Assembly (NCBI GenBank): GCA_030264375.1
Contig: JASCQW010000081.1
Span: 93,929,814 to 93,993,813, forward strand
Source of the DNA: Carcharhinus longimanus
Lineage: Eukaryota
DNA: 64,000 nt
Direction of reading: 5' to 3'
Part shown: piece by piece, positions 49,731 through 63,679 of the stretch
How the letters are laid out: the number at the start of each line of letters is the position of its first letter
Numbering within the stretch: the first letter of the stretch is position 1
Made by a program: the position numbers and the translations under genes
Notes under the pieces: model-generated
What the model was told of the DNA's origin: nothing
Databases searched by the model: none
What the model saw: only the letters and a program-made list of their open reading frames with translations

Positions 49731-50899
49731 ATCAACTCTAATTTCATAGCGTTTTCCAATTCTGCAAAGTTTACTATCGAGGTAAGAGGGTTAGATGACA
49801 TATGATATTCCAACAACATTTCATTTCCCCATTCCTCCTCGTTTTTCACAAGCATGAATTTAGCTATTTATGGAAAATTGTGGTTTGGCACCGAGCATAA
49901 GCCAACAAGTTTAACGTGAGAATCGGAACCTCTGAAATCATATGATTAATTTATTACAAAACACCTACAGCCAGGTTAAGATTGAACACTTTACAATAAT
50001 TTAATCTTAACCTTCATTTCAGACCTAATTGGGGACAAATATGCACCGAACTGACGTGAGATTCGTGTTCACGTAATTAGTTCAAAATAGTTTCTCGACA
50101 GTAGTGCATGATTTAGTTCTGTAAATATCAAATAATATGAACATATGCGGTCTTAATAAACAACGGAGACAAACAAACGCGAACGTATCATTTCCAGACA
50201 TAGCTTTACCTTGGGATTGCGATTGTTGGGTGAATTCGATGACAAGGGGAAATTGTCGATTTCCAGATATGTTGCACGCAGGAAAGCGAACCACAGATTC
50301 GATCGCCAGAATCATAGATAAAATGAATAGGTGGGGATGTATTTGGCGAGATTGCGTTTTTTTTTACTAGGAAGGGCAGTACTTTAACTGCACCACGGCA
50401 ATTTATGTTTTGCACTACACTTCTCGCTTCTTCATGTAAACCATTTTAAGTTACTACAGGTTAGTAATTCAAGTAAACACCATGTATAAATGCAATAAGT
50501 CAGGGGAAGAAAAATGTAAATGGCGGAGACGTGAATGTGTCATACCTGAAGTAAATGAAAGCCAGTAAACTCCTACGTGATCCATAACAACATCTGCAGT
50601 CGGCAAGTTCTGCTTGTCGAACTTCAGCTCTAATCGGAGATGGAAACACTGAGGCAACGGAGAGGCGAGATTTTAATTGAACAATTGTTCGGGGGGCGGT
50701 GTAGTTACCTCAGGCAAGTTATTTGAAAAGTGACAGAACCAGCAATCCAAAATATACCACTGTAGAAAATTAACCTATGTGATATTTTCAACAGCCTTGA
50801 CCTGCGTGTATCTTCCGTTAATGACAAAACATGGAAAATGAGTCATTGACAACAAGGCGCCTGGATACGTCTAAGTTTACATGGACGTCTCTTCCAGTA

Positions 50900-51150
50900 G
50901 AAAGGAGTGGCAAGGCAATAATCTCCTTGGTTAAAATAGGTCAGTCTTGAGTGCAATGTTATATGTGCAAAGCCAAGGTCTTGTTCTCTGTGCTGGAGAG
51001 GAACTTTGACATACATAGTAGCAATCCAATTGTGGTTGCCAGCGTAGGCACCAATTGCATAAGCACAAAGAAGGCGTCCTCACTCTGAGCAGAGTGGGGA
51101 AAAAATACAAACCACTGACGTCAAATTAGTATTCAACTGATTGTCTGCAG
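50900..51150 (+). mobile_element. CR1 ORF1 (SGNH esterase-like) relic
   Basis: gccaaggtc...ctggagaggaac...ccaattgtggttgccagcgtaggcaccaat reads AKV...LERN...PIVVASVGTN (CR1 ORF1 P.VVVHVGTND). Confidence 0.5.
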
Positions 51151-52773
51151 GTACAGATTATCGCTTTGACATGGCGTAGCATGGCTCCTTCATTTTCTCT
51201 CGGATGATCCTCTTTTCCATTACCACTTGCACTGCCCTGTCATTTATGTTTGATTTTGCGATTTTATGTTAGTCTTGCTAATGCTAAGATTGTTTTGCAA
51301 CGCGTTACCTGGACATTTTTCAGGACAGGGAAAACTGTTGTCATGATCTCATAAATGATTGCATTGAGCTCATCTTCTCAGACATCGTCCAATCTTTAAT
51401 AAATCAAACCCCCCTTCCTGACTATTTATGATGATAATTTCTGGGTGAATATTTTTCTCTCCGTTGTTCTGAGGAGTGTGTTTATGTACAATTCAAACAA
51501 ATGATAGAGTATATTTGTTAATATAAATGTAAAATAATAAGTGGATATTACATGGGAGATGTATAGATTTCAGTGTGAATGGGCTTCATGGCTGCTTAGG
51601 TTAGATACTACGGCATGCTGAATTGATCTATATGCAGTAGTATCCCTTCCAGAACTTCATGTAAACAGCTACTGGGAAGAGGTATTTTGCAGCGATATAT
51701 GTTGTAATTTTCACTGTCTGATATCATTCATGAAAATACGGAATTGTTTTACAAGACTTACAAAGTTACAGAAAGTAAAAAAAAAATTATATATAAAACA
51801 TATAATACTAGTTCTTGAAAGTTACTTGCGTAATAAATAAAACACAGGAAATTAAACTAACAAATAAACTTAAGCAATGGAGATTACAATACAGGGTTAC
51901 AGAAGCTAATTACAAAAAATGATTCTAAACTTAAAATGTCAAAAAAAGGTTAAATATCATGAATAAAAATGAAATCTTCTTTCCAACATCACAAGTTAAA
52001 CAATTTGTTCCGTGAAAAAAGGCTGAAGGTTTATCATATTCATTCATTGAACGTGTGGTCACTGAAATCAGAGAATGCAGCTGATAAGTTTAATTACTAA
52101 TGGGATGAGTGGTTCCACGTCAGTTATTATTATTTAATCGTGACGTCTAGCAAAACTCGTGGAACACCCATTAAGATATTTTGTTCTGCCTTGTCAATTA
52201 TTGGTAATTTAAGGATCATGATTTGTGACGAGCGTGTGCCCAGAAATTAGCATGAACTGGAATTGGATTAGAATTTTGATTATTTAACTAATACGCTTAA
52301 AAACTACAATCTATTTTTGAATATGTATCGAGTGCACCATTTTCCATGCAGTATCAAAATGATATGTGAGGCTAGCCAACATTTAGGTGTGAATGGATCT
52401 GTTTAATGGTAGTAAGGATCTATCTTATTTTCAACTTTCGTCAAATCTGCGATTGATATGCATGGGAGAACTGTGGATAATCTTGAAAATGTCTTGCAGA
52501 AAATCACGAAAGCAGCTTCGACTGCACAATGCAGACCTAAGCTCGCCACTCCCGACGTGCTCACAAGCAGCATATAAATGAGAACACCAGAATCTGATGC
52601 ACATCAGAACTCCACTCCACATTTCAGATGGGAACAATTGTGCCTATGGATCACTGTCATAGGATGGCATTTTGGAATTCCTTTCATATCAGCACTCTTG
52701 TGTACCTGTCGCCAATGGACTGCATGAGGCGACAAATTGATAACTGATCAATGGGGATTAGGCTAGGCTAGAT

Positions 52774-52774
<1 letters not shown>

Positions 52775-52817
<43 letters not shown>
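52775..52817. repeat. Poly-C tract next to a gap
   Basis: Direct observation. Confidence 0.9.
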
Positions 52818-54999
52818 NNNNNNNNNNTCACAAAACGCGAACATTTCTAAAATAGCTAGATGATTCTGGTAGTCACAATTGTATGTTGTTACTTCACACA
52901 CACGTATTATTGTGAAATCTTATACAGAAGAAATTAAGTTGCAAACAAGTGTAAACATTATATTAGTGTGCTACCTGCCAGTGCATAGCAACAAGATGAA
53001 GTTGATGGTGTACACCACCGTTTATCTTATCAATCGGTTTGGATGGTCACCAATTATCGTAACAACACCATGTAGACGCCTTACTGTATCAGCAAATTTC
53101 TGCATCATGCGACAGCATGCTGTCCCAGATCCAAAAGAGAGACTAGCGTTGTATAATATAATGCATCAAAAGGAATACTCTTGATAGAATGAAAATAATG
53201 CAATGCTGCTTTTCAACAAGTGTTACTTTTCATTTATTCCTCAATGAAAATGATTCACAGAAAACTGCCATCAGTTTTCAGAAATACGTTATAACATGAG
53301 ATGGGCAGCAGGCAATGGAAAAACGGCCTTTCCCTGATACATCAGTGGCCATTGGACAAATAGGGGCTGACCTGCATCCTAGATATTTTGCTAACCAATA
53401 AATGTTAATCTACTTCATTTTAGCATTGTGCTATGACAGTTTCATTGTATGTATTCTACTATGGTAAAATTAACTGTTGCAATGGTTAAATCAACAATAT
53501 TGATTCATTGCAATATCTTCAGCAACTTACCACGCTTTGTGGTCTTGAACTGATCCACTATACGAAAGAAAATAAATGAAAACAAGCATTGGCTGATGAT
53601 TTCTCATTCCTGAAACATGAGAACAGCGCAATTTTGGAAGTGTTTAAGATTTTCACTATTAATTGTCACCTTCAATTTTATAACGAAAAACATTTTCACG
53701 CGCAATTAACAGCAGCATTCCTGCATCTTCAGAATATTATGTAATTGTCCACCTATGTGGGGGAATGCAGTAAATTTACTGGCTATACTTGTTCGTTCAT
53801 CTGCTGTACAGAATAAAATAAATGCACCAACAACTATTTTCAGCCTGCAGTAGTAAGGAAATGTATGATCCATGCAAAAAAAAATCCATATTTCCAGTTA
53901 TCAGAGTTCAAAGCATTGTCGTATTTTAAAGGCATCAATACACGTGTTTAATGTGTTATATAAGTAATAATTATTGCTGGCTGCTTTAAGAGTTGATGCT
54001 GTTTTTGATGGTGACATCATTAGTGTGCCTGTGGACGATGTTTTTTTCTTGGATTTTGTTCTTGAAACAGCACAAAAAACAACTCGTTAATAAAACATGG
54101 TATATGTTAGATTGAACCTACATGTGCAAACTAAGTTTTCATGTTTTCTGTTAAAACCCACAACGCCTAACATAGCTTCGGCATTGCAGAATAAAACTGG
54201 CAGCAAGTCAGAAATTTGATTCGTCAGAACAACATTAAAAATAAAGATCTTGTGGCTATTCAAACTCCAAATATTAGAAGACTGGCAAAAAAATCAACAA
54301 CAAAATTAAAGATGCAAGTGCCAATTCCGGGTAGACAAATAAGACATAAGCAGTATGTGTGACTTTAAAAGAGATTTTTATAAACAAAGACAGGTGACAA
54401 TCAAGGCAACACTTGGCACCGAAGGAAAGAAAAGATATTTTGTTGTCAAGCAAAGGTCGATTAAATCAATATAATAAAGTCAACGGCTTCAGGATAAAAA
54501 GAAGATTTTCCAGGAAGGTAGTAAAATCATATAGAAAGGGCAATCTCCTGTGGCTGGTGCCTGCAAGAGAAAATTCGGGTCAATTAGTATTAATGTAGCC
54601 TTGAATGATTGAAATGAAAAAAAAAATGTATGATTTATTAAACCTGCTCCGGGATTCCCTCGTTGACTGGCCTACGTTCGCACATTACTGGCACACGTGC
54701 TGATGTTTTACGTCGTATGGGCAGTTGCCAACTTGTGGACACTCAGTACAGACTCAAGTTGTGAACTGTCTGTCGAAGATTGTCCCAAACATGCTACTGT
54801 ATTTAAAGTCAAAATGCGTTCAGTAAATTGAATCATGGTGTTCCTTCGGCAACCGTTTTCGTTACTTTGTATAACTGTATAACATTACAAAATTAAATGC
54901 TTGCACCCGTTTTTTTTTGATTGTACAATAGCATGTAATGTCTTTAATTTGCTGCTAACATGATCCATACAACAAAGCCAGGAACCAAAAATCACGATG

Positions 55000-55900
55000 A
55001 CTTGAGAGCGATCCTTGAATAGTACTACTCAACAAACTCACTGATCATCATACAAATAAAAAAATCAGTTTCCACTGACCGAATCGAGTGAATGGAGAAA
55101 CAATTGTTTCGTTGGTGGCACGCTCAGAAAGGCTGCCACTGTACTATATATTGGGTTGGATATGAGAAGATTCTATTCAAAATCATCAAGTTTGTGATCT
55201 TTAAAATGACGTTATCCAAAAGAGTGTTTCCTTTGCATACATTGACTTTAATACAGCAGTGGAAACGTGAGTGTTGATTGAACTATATGCTAAAGAGGCT
55301 TCGCAATTTGATTCTGTAACGAAGATCCATGAGTTGGAGATTGCCCACAAGATATCAAAACAGCAGGAAACATGTCAAAGATGTATGTGAATGGGCCAGT
55401 CAGCGAGAGAATGCGACAGCAATGATAGCCAGTGCAATAAGGTAACGTTTCAGAAGTTGTTGGAACGGGTCAGATCCCTTCAAGAGAATATTCAGAAGAA
55501 AAATCTTGGTACCATCAAGAAACGGATCACGTCGTATTTTACTAAAATAAAGTAGATTATGCAATAAAATAAATATGACTGTGAAGAGGAAGATGTCCAG
55601 AATTTATTGACGACCTCCCACTGAACATTTCATCCACAGCATAGAGCGATTTTGCTTGATTCGAACGTTAAGAAGACATTTAAGGTTGAAAGACATCCTG
55701 GTATAGTGTTCACGAATGAGTGCACATCTAGTTTTTTTTAGTGCTACGGCCTGAATGCTCGGATTAAAGAAAATATGGGGTGGTGGAAATTCTGTGCAAG
55801 AATAAGAAACACACTACTGATGCCCTCTGTTCAGGTTTACAAATGGCGTAATTTATCATAGGAACGATTATTGTTTTTTTTCCCCGCTCTGCTTGAGGGT
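55000..55900 (+). mobile_element. Possible Gypsy gag/protease relic
   Basis: Weak fragments (ENIQKKNL resembling gag IQKKLL); lies collinear and upstream of the Gypsy pol relic at 59240. Confidence 0.25.
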
Positions 55901-55954
55901 TGCATTTCCTTAACTATGATAGAAACTCACTCGAAGAAGTCAGAAGTTGATCTG

Positions 55955-58900
55955 GTTTGGGTTGAGTTTTGCTTTGTTTCATTAACGTGACATGCACTGG
56001 GATGCAGTACTTTAGTTTTCCTTGTGCAGTACAAAAGCAAAGCATTTTTTTAAAGTTACAAAGCCAGTGCACAGATTGCACAGGGCAATACTAAAGCTAC
56101 CGCTTGCTTGCTTCAAGCAGGCCAAACATACAGTTCATAACGTACATAGGAGAAATAGAAAATGATTTGTTGCAGAATATAATGCAGCAAGTACTTTAGG
56201 GAGAAGCAAAGAATCAGCTTAATATATGATAGGGCTATGCAAAAGTATTTTGGCAGCCAAGATAAAAGGACCCTTGAATCTTTCAATACCAGTTTTCAGA
56301 CGTGTGTATACTTTCCCGACGCAAGACGTACAAGTGAGTATATCCGGAGTGTGTGGAGTCATTGATTATGTTGTCTGCTTTCCCGATGCGGGCAAGAAGT
56401 CTAGATGGAGTGAATAGATGTAAGTTTGGTTTGTGATGAACAGGTGTGTTCAGAACTCTTATAGTTTATTCCAGTCTTGTTCAGAGCAATAGCCATACCA
56501 AGCTGTAATACATCCAAATAGGATGTGTTCTAAATTGCTACTGTAAAAGTGACAAGAGCCCTTATGCACATACCGGATTTCCCTTGTCTTCTGAGAGAGC
56601 AAATGCCTTGGTGTTCTTTGTTAACGACGTGAAAGGTTTAGGACGTACAATTGGTGATCTGAACACTTCAGAGCGTGAAGCTCTCGGCCATCTTCAAATC
56701 AGCACCACTGATATAGATGAGGCCATTATCCTGAAGTGGATGTCTAGTTCCTTCGGTTTACTGAATTTGAGAGAGAGATTATTTTTGTAGCAGTGTTTTC
56801 TCAATGTATCGATGTTTCCCATGTGTTCTTTCTTTTTGGTGCTTCAGGCCCGACCCAATAGAGTGGTGCAATTCGCAAACTTGAAAAGCGAACTGGAGCA
56901 TAATTTGGTCATATAGTGTAAAAGGAGTGTAGTAAGAGGCTCAGTATACAACATTCAGGTGTACCGGTGCTAAGCATAATCATGGAGAAGAGGTGTTTTC
57001 TATCCGCATTGACTGCCGCCTATATGTTAGGCAGTCGAGCATAAAGTCGCAGGCGGAGGAGGAGAGATCTATGCCGTCGAGTTTGAAAATGGGCTGCGTA
57101 ATCATCGTTTTGAAGGCTCTGTTATCGTCAATGAAAAGAAATCTGCTATACAGTTATTCCAGCGTTAAACGCAGGGTCAGAGAGATAACGTCTACTTTCG
57201 ACCGATTGCGGTGATAGGCAAACAGGCAACCTGAAAGATTGGATGCGATATGATTAACCTTTCAAAGCATATCATAATGATGGAATCAGAGCGAACTGTG
57301 GATGGTCATTCATGTAAGCTGCCTGGTTTTTCTTTGGTACTGGGATGATTGTCATGCTCATGAAGCCCACTAGGTATTCCACACAGGAGCAAAGTGCTAG
57401 GCTGTGGACCCCACGGAAATCAGTCGATTTGTGTGGGTTAAAATTCAAGAAGGCCCGTCCAGCTTATGCGATGGTGACCCTGGATAGAAGTGCGTACGAC
57501 GATTTCGGGCGGATTACCTTCTTTCAATGACATCAACTCAAAAAGGAACATATAATGTTCGTCATCAGTGGTGCCTCAGATTCTATTTGTCTTCACGTTG
57601 AAGCTTGTTATATTACGTAGACCTTGCGACATTCGATATGCGTTTAAATGGTTAGCCTGGGACTCTATCTTGGTGTCTTATTGCCTCTTGGCAGCACTGA
57701 TGTTTCTCTGAAAGTCATATATGTAATTATTCTATAGATCAGAGTCACCTGATTAAACGCTTTAGTTCTGGACTTCAGTAGGCCGTGGTTATTCCTGTTC
57801 AGGCATGGTTTCTGGTCGGGAATCATTCAGATTAGTTTGTTTGGTAAAACCTTCCACACAATTATTGATTAATTGTGTTACTCTAGTTGCATACTCATTT
57901 AGGATGATCAAATAATTCTTGAATGTTGAGTGTTTAGCAGTCGGTTGACTCAAAGCCATCTCTCTGAAGGTCGGCTTTGCCTCCGACAAACATCGCATTA
58001 CTTTAATGATCGGACTTGGCTGATAAACTAGGAGAAGGACTGCATCCCTATGATCTGAGTTGCCAGTTCGACGACGGGCGACAGAGAAGTAGGCATGCTT
58101 GATTTGTATGCAGCATGGTGGCGAGTGTTGTTTCTACCTTTTGGTGAGAATGATGACATGTTGATGTTTTCCTGGTCGGCCACTCGTGAGATTCACCTGG
58201 CCGAAGTCAACAGCCATGATGAACAAGGCCTCGGGGTGTATCGCCTCAAGGCGATTTCTAGTGGTGCATATTTCATCAAGTGCAGACTTCACATTCATGG
58301 CCTGATTGCTGGATGCAATCAGGTGTCTGTGTAGCAGAGATGAACACCACGACAGGTAGAGGTGCAGCATGCCAGTGTAAGGTGGTCCCTGTCTGGGCAC
58401 TACAACTGGACAGTTTTGACAGGTCGGAGCACAAAGAGGTGCTCATTGAAAAGAAGCAGACCTCACTTTCTATAAGGATGCCATAGAATCCATCCAGTAA
58501 ATTGACAAACACTCCAATTTTAGGGAAGAGTCAGGTGAAGCAGCATTGAGCCATGTCACTGAAAAAGAGAACATACAACAGTCTCTGTGTTCTCTTTGAA
58601 AGGTGAGCCTGGTTTTGAGTTCATCTAGCTTGTTGTGAAGAGATTGAACATTTGCCAGATGTCAGCTGTGAAGGGAGATCTTGGGACCATGTAATACCAT
58701 CACATTCGCAGGTTTGTGCGTTGTCCATGCTTTCTGGATGAGTGGCTGCTTCTGACTGAGCCTGGAAGTTGGTGTCAATAGTCTACGATGTCAACGATAA
58801 AGTTCTGATGGAGTTCTGCATTTTGGTCGTGAATTTCTGTTTTACGGATTGTCTCGTTTCAGTTCAGTGAGGGTATCGACGTTTGGATTCCATGTGATCC

Positions 58901-59200
58901 AAGAAGGGAGTCGAATTGGTGATGGTTGCAAGCCAGTGCTTGTGTAACAGTCTTATTGCCATGGTTGCAATTGATGTCTCAGCAGTCGGATTTACGCCCT
59001 TGGATGTTGCATGTCGCTGATGGGTTACGATTGACTTAAGATGTCAGAGAATGTTCAGACCACATTCTGACATGAATGGTTCGAAGGCCGGTAATAGATT
59101 AGGGTATCTGATCTCATGGTCGTGGATGATCCAATGGTCGACTCGACGTGTTCGGGCTTTCTAGTCAATGTCTCGTTTGTGTCTGCCATTCAGAGGTTGG
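55955..59200 (-). mobile_element. Near full-length decayed Rex1/Babar LINE with 5' region
   Basis: ANVQSLHNKLDELK (~58610-58655), NVKSALDEICTTRNRLEAIHPEALFIMAVDF, LNEYATRVTQLINNCVE, RT-region relics, tail near 55975; 5' boundary uncertain. Confidence 0.88.
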
Positions 59201-59239
59201 AGAATTGTCAGGTCTATATATTATATATACATATACATT

Positions 59240-60450
59240 AAATCGCATTTTAAACAATGCGAATTGAGTTTCAAGAGTGTGTGGCGATTATTAAATGTGG
59301 AGAAAGAGGGAATTCTTGGAGCCCTCAAGAAGTGGCAAAGCTCTGCTTGTACTGGGTGGATGCCAGTGAGATGAAGGCCCTGTGTCCGCAGCTCCTCGCC
59401 GGCCGTGAGGCCCACGTGGTCACTTGCTTGTGTGGAGCCTTCGGAGTGCAGAGGATCAGCAAATCTGCAAGTGAAATCAAAACAGCATTATTAGACTGTT
59501 TAAACGACTTGGAATTCCATTTTAGAAACGCAGAAAGGTTACAAAAATGAAATTAAAGGGATACTGGGGACAGTATATGAGAAATCGCAAGAAATCGTCT
59601 CGCTCTGCCAGCATTATTGTTCTGGCATCAAGCTGCCATCATGATATGTAGTACAACTGAACAAACCACTGAAAAAAACTTGACGAAATATTTAGATTGT
59701 TACACCAGAAGAGATTGTTAGCATTAATGACACACAAATATTCACAAATATTTGAATATCATTTCAAAGTAAACGGTATTCAGCATGTTGCAAATGCAGC
59801 TCATCGTCCATCAATCAACAAATCAGCTGAAAGAATCGTACAATTCTTGACACATGCTTTCAAAGCTTCAGAAAAAAAAACAAAGTTTGTGATATTGATG
59901 TGTGCTTAACTTTTTTATTTCATTTTTAGAAGCAAAACTTGTGCAATCAGCCAAAATTTGCCTGCATTACTGAATTTAGACTGAAAGTTAATACCTACGT
60001 TTGTTTTGCTATTACCTCCAAAACCTTCTTGAGATAGCAGAACATCAACAATAATCTCAAGTTGCTGGATGAGAGGTGAAACTGAAATGACGCTCATTTC
60101 AATAAGGGGACGGATTTTAGCGCTATAATCGTGCTAGGAGTGAGAAATAGACAAAGCAAAAACAGGTCTGATTTCTTACACGATTCACTCTGATAATAAG
60201 GGACTTAAGCAATGCCGAATAATTGTTGTCATCTCCAAATAGTTTTCCTGAATCTTCTCCATAATTAGCAACTTGTTTAGCCGCAAGTGGTGGAAACGCT
60301 GCTATGGGAAACATAGTTCTTTCTGAATTGCCTGATGATTGTATCTATGCACCATGTCAAGTGGGAAAGATGCTTTGTCCTTCAATAAAATATATTGTGT
60401 GTTTTTTTAAATCTATGTGTGCAAATCAATATCTTGGGGAGCAGCAAATG
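59240..60450 (+). mobile_element. Gypsy/Ty3 LTR retrotransposon pol relic (RNase H plus integrase)
   Basis: VEKEGILGALKKWQ resembles RNase H EKE.LA...VKKFH; FKVNGIQHVANAAHRPSINKSAERIVQFLTHAFK matches integrase K.NGI.H..SAPYHP.TNG.AER.VQT.K.ALK. Confidence 0.75.
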
Positions 60451-63049
60451 CAGAGCTAACCACAATTTAAAACATTACTATGGTTGTCTTTGGTGATGTT
60501 TATCTATTAGTTGAAATCATATACTTAACTTGGATACTTCAATAGCAAAAAATGGAGCTTAGATGGCAACTTTCATGAACTTCACACTCTTTACAATGTT
60601 GGAATTTTAATGACATAAAATAATTTAAAGTTGCTTGAATGTAAAGTTGTGACGTTCTGAGGCATCGAGTAAGTCCACTTATGAAATGTTAGCATTGTCA
60701 TTTCTAAAATATGCTTTACGTAATATCGAAGTGATCTGGTTATACCCATTTCGTTTTGAAGTTTCCTGATTTCTGAAAGCAAGATTAAAAACAGAATTTC
60801 AATGGACATATGAATTAAAAAAAAATATATTGACGTTTTATTTTAAAAGTGAGAGTTCCCCTGTTTGTGAAAGAATGTGTACTTTTCGGGTACGACTGTC
60901 AGGCATCAGGCAATATTAACTGATAACCTAATCATTAATGGAAACAATGAAATTGAACATCGAATTCCGAAAAACAAATCCTGCACGTTCTGCCGACCAA
61001 CAAAAATCGACACGCATCCTTGTATTCAAAAATCGGTTAACGTCTGTCTAAAACGCGAACACCCATGAATGCAGGGCATATCAGAGTGTTGGGGCTGCTG
61101 GTACCTTTGAAGCAGTGAATAAAAGAAAAAATCATACCAGATACCACAAAACTGCAGGAAATTTTAAATTGGCTAATGTAAACGAGTCATATTAATGTCC
61201 GAAATGTGGGCAAATTTCGGAGGCGCTGCAACTCCGCGTCCAATAAAATGGGAGCGCACGCAGATCAAAGCCGAGCGATGTCTTAAACCTGCAGACAAGC
61301 CCTACACATCGAGGTTGCCGCTATGTCGTGTTAATCGGTACCTGACACCAGTTTCCCTGACTGTATATGAGCAGCTATTGTGTCCCCCCACCACCCCTNN
61401 NNNNNNNNNNNNNNNNNNNNNNNNNNNNNNNNNNNNNNNNNNNNNNNNNNNNNNNNNNNNNNNNNNNNNNNNNNNNNNNNNNNNNNNNNNNNNNNNNNAC
61501 CGCCCCCCACCCCCCGCCTCCTTCTGGTAGTCGCTCGTACGTTACTACACTCAGCGTCCACACTTACATGTGCACTTGCCAAATGATACGCTTTTCACCA
61601 AAACCTGTATACCACTGAGAGAATTCTTTCAGCGCTGAATGCTTTGTACCGGATTTGTTAAAATGTGAATCAATTAATCTTTTATTTGAATGAAACCTGA
61701 TATAATAGGCATTGTTGATACGTCTAGCATTCAACAGAAGCGTGCCCAAATTTAATTGCGTTGCCAAATGGCTTGAATATGTTAAAAAAAAGTTAAAGCA
61801 AGTTGCAATAATAGGAAAGGAAGGAGATTAAAAAAACAGACAATAATTTTATCTCTCAATAAATATTGCAAAAATCAAGAACGCAAAATTCTTATTCTAA
61901 TTAAACATCAATACTCAGATAGCATGACTATCACTGGAATAGAAAATGCGTTTTCTTCATCATGGCAGTGTATAACGGTTGTGTTGCGAAATCTCCTCTC
62001 TGCGAACGTTCATTATGACCCGGTTGTCAGTCAGGACTATCCTTGCATTCTGGTATATCCTTTAGTGCAAAGCGTCCATTCATTGATAATAACTTTATGC
62101 CTGTCGCAAATAATCGTTTCCCTCTGGCAGCATGTGCCCCTTCTTAAGGACAATATAAAATTAAGGCCTAAGTATGTAATTTCTCTCCATGTCGACATCT
62201 TAGTTCTTATACCTATGCTTTTGCCATTGATATGCTAATAAACGCCCCAAAACGTAATATTATTTCAGATGACCATTTATTTATAGGATTACTACTTATT
62301 CTTCCATTTTATATTTTATTTTCCCTTACAACGTTTGAAGCCGGTGCCTCCTTCTAACAGATATCCGGCATTGTCCTCAGACACCATTTTTTTTCAACTT
62401 GATCTTGCGATTTAATCATGTTATTATCTGAACAGACTTGCTTTATATTAAGTTTGCATCATTTCCACTTATACACGAAATACGCTTTAAACGCACCAAT
62501 TAGTTGATTGTACTTTGTCAATTTGGATTCCAATTTACGAAAGCTCCTTCAGAAACAACTAATATTCTCCACACTAGCATATTGTGTGGAGAACAATATT
62601 CTCAATGTATAAATGACTCCCTTCTGGGTTTTTCACACATCATGAACCGGACTGCTGTTAACTGCGAAGTGTCCAGACTTGGAATCAGGGGTTCGTGGCG
62701 TTTTATAGTCTGGTATAAAGGAACTGTGTGAGGGGCCAAATGTAGCGCAACTGAGAAAACAAGACTAGTTCAGTCGTAGAATAACACTTCCAAAAGGTGA
62801 CTCATTGCAATACAGGAAGGACAAAAATGCGCAACATGTAAATCGAAGACATTGACGTAGAAGAGTACTGAACATAATCACACAGTTTAAAAATGGATTA
62901 CCATTCTGGTCCAAAGTACGTTTGCAAGATCCGAACTATTTTAGGACTTCCCGCTTCCCAAGCAACTTCCATACAATGCATCTATAAATGAACGCCAGTT
63001 GACAGTTATCATACTGCACACGATTGAATACTTACTCTGGGAAAGGTCT

Positions 63050-63320
63050 CTACCTGGTGCAGAGAATTAACGTATGGTAATTTCCTCCAGGAACAACTGA
63101 GGTCCAATATCGTGACATATGTTCAACATGCACAGCAGGATCCTTTAGGGAAATGTGAGGAAAACTCTTTGTGTTGTGAAATTCTGAAGTGAACTGCCTT
63201 CGAAATTGGCAGAGTTGATTCCTCATGACCTTCAAAACTCTATGGATGAACAGTTGGCACGTCATATTGTTCAAGGCTAAGTGCCAAGAGCTGCTAAATT
63301 GGATTAGGTGAAAAGCCACT
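63050..63320 (+). mobile_element. Decayed CR1 3' fragment
   Basis: tttagggaaatgtgaggaaaactcttt...tggatgaacagttg...gctaagtgccaag...ggattaggt. Confidence 0.7.
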
Positions 63321-63679
63321 TGCTACTGGTCTGTGAACCAGCACTGGTTTACAAGCTGTTGCCTGAACTCCGCACTTGAGGCTGCTTGATGAATACTGTG
63401 CATTGGCCCCACAAATGTTTGTCAATTACATCATAGTTTCCCTTTTTTGGGACACTCTCCATATGTGTGGCTGTCTTTCCACTCTGTTAGTCCCAAAATT
63501 GGCATTTGTCTGTCTTCTCTGAATGGCACTCCTTTCTAGTCCAAATGTTTCATATTAATTGGGCGATGTCTTACTGTTTCATGTGTCTATAACTGCTCAT
63601 CTCGGTATTGGGGGATGCCACCCTGTGGAATATCTTTGAAATGCCTGTGGCTTCTAAATCCGTTACTGGCTGTCATGTC

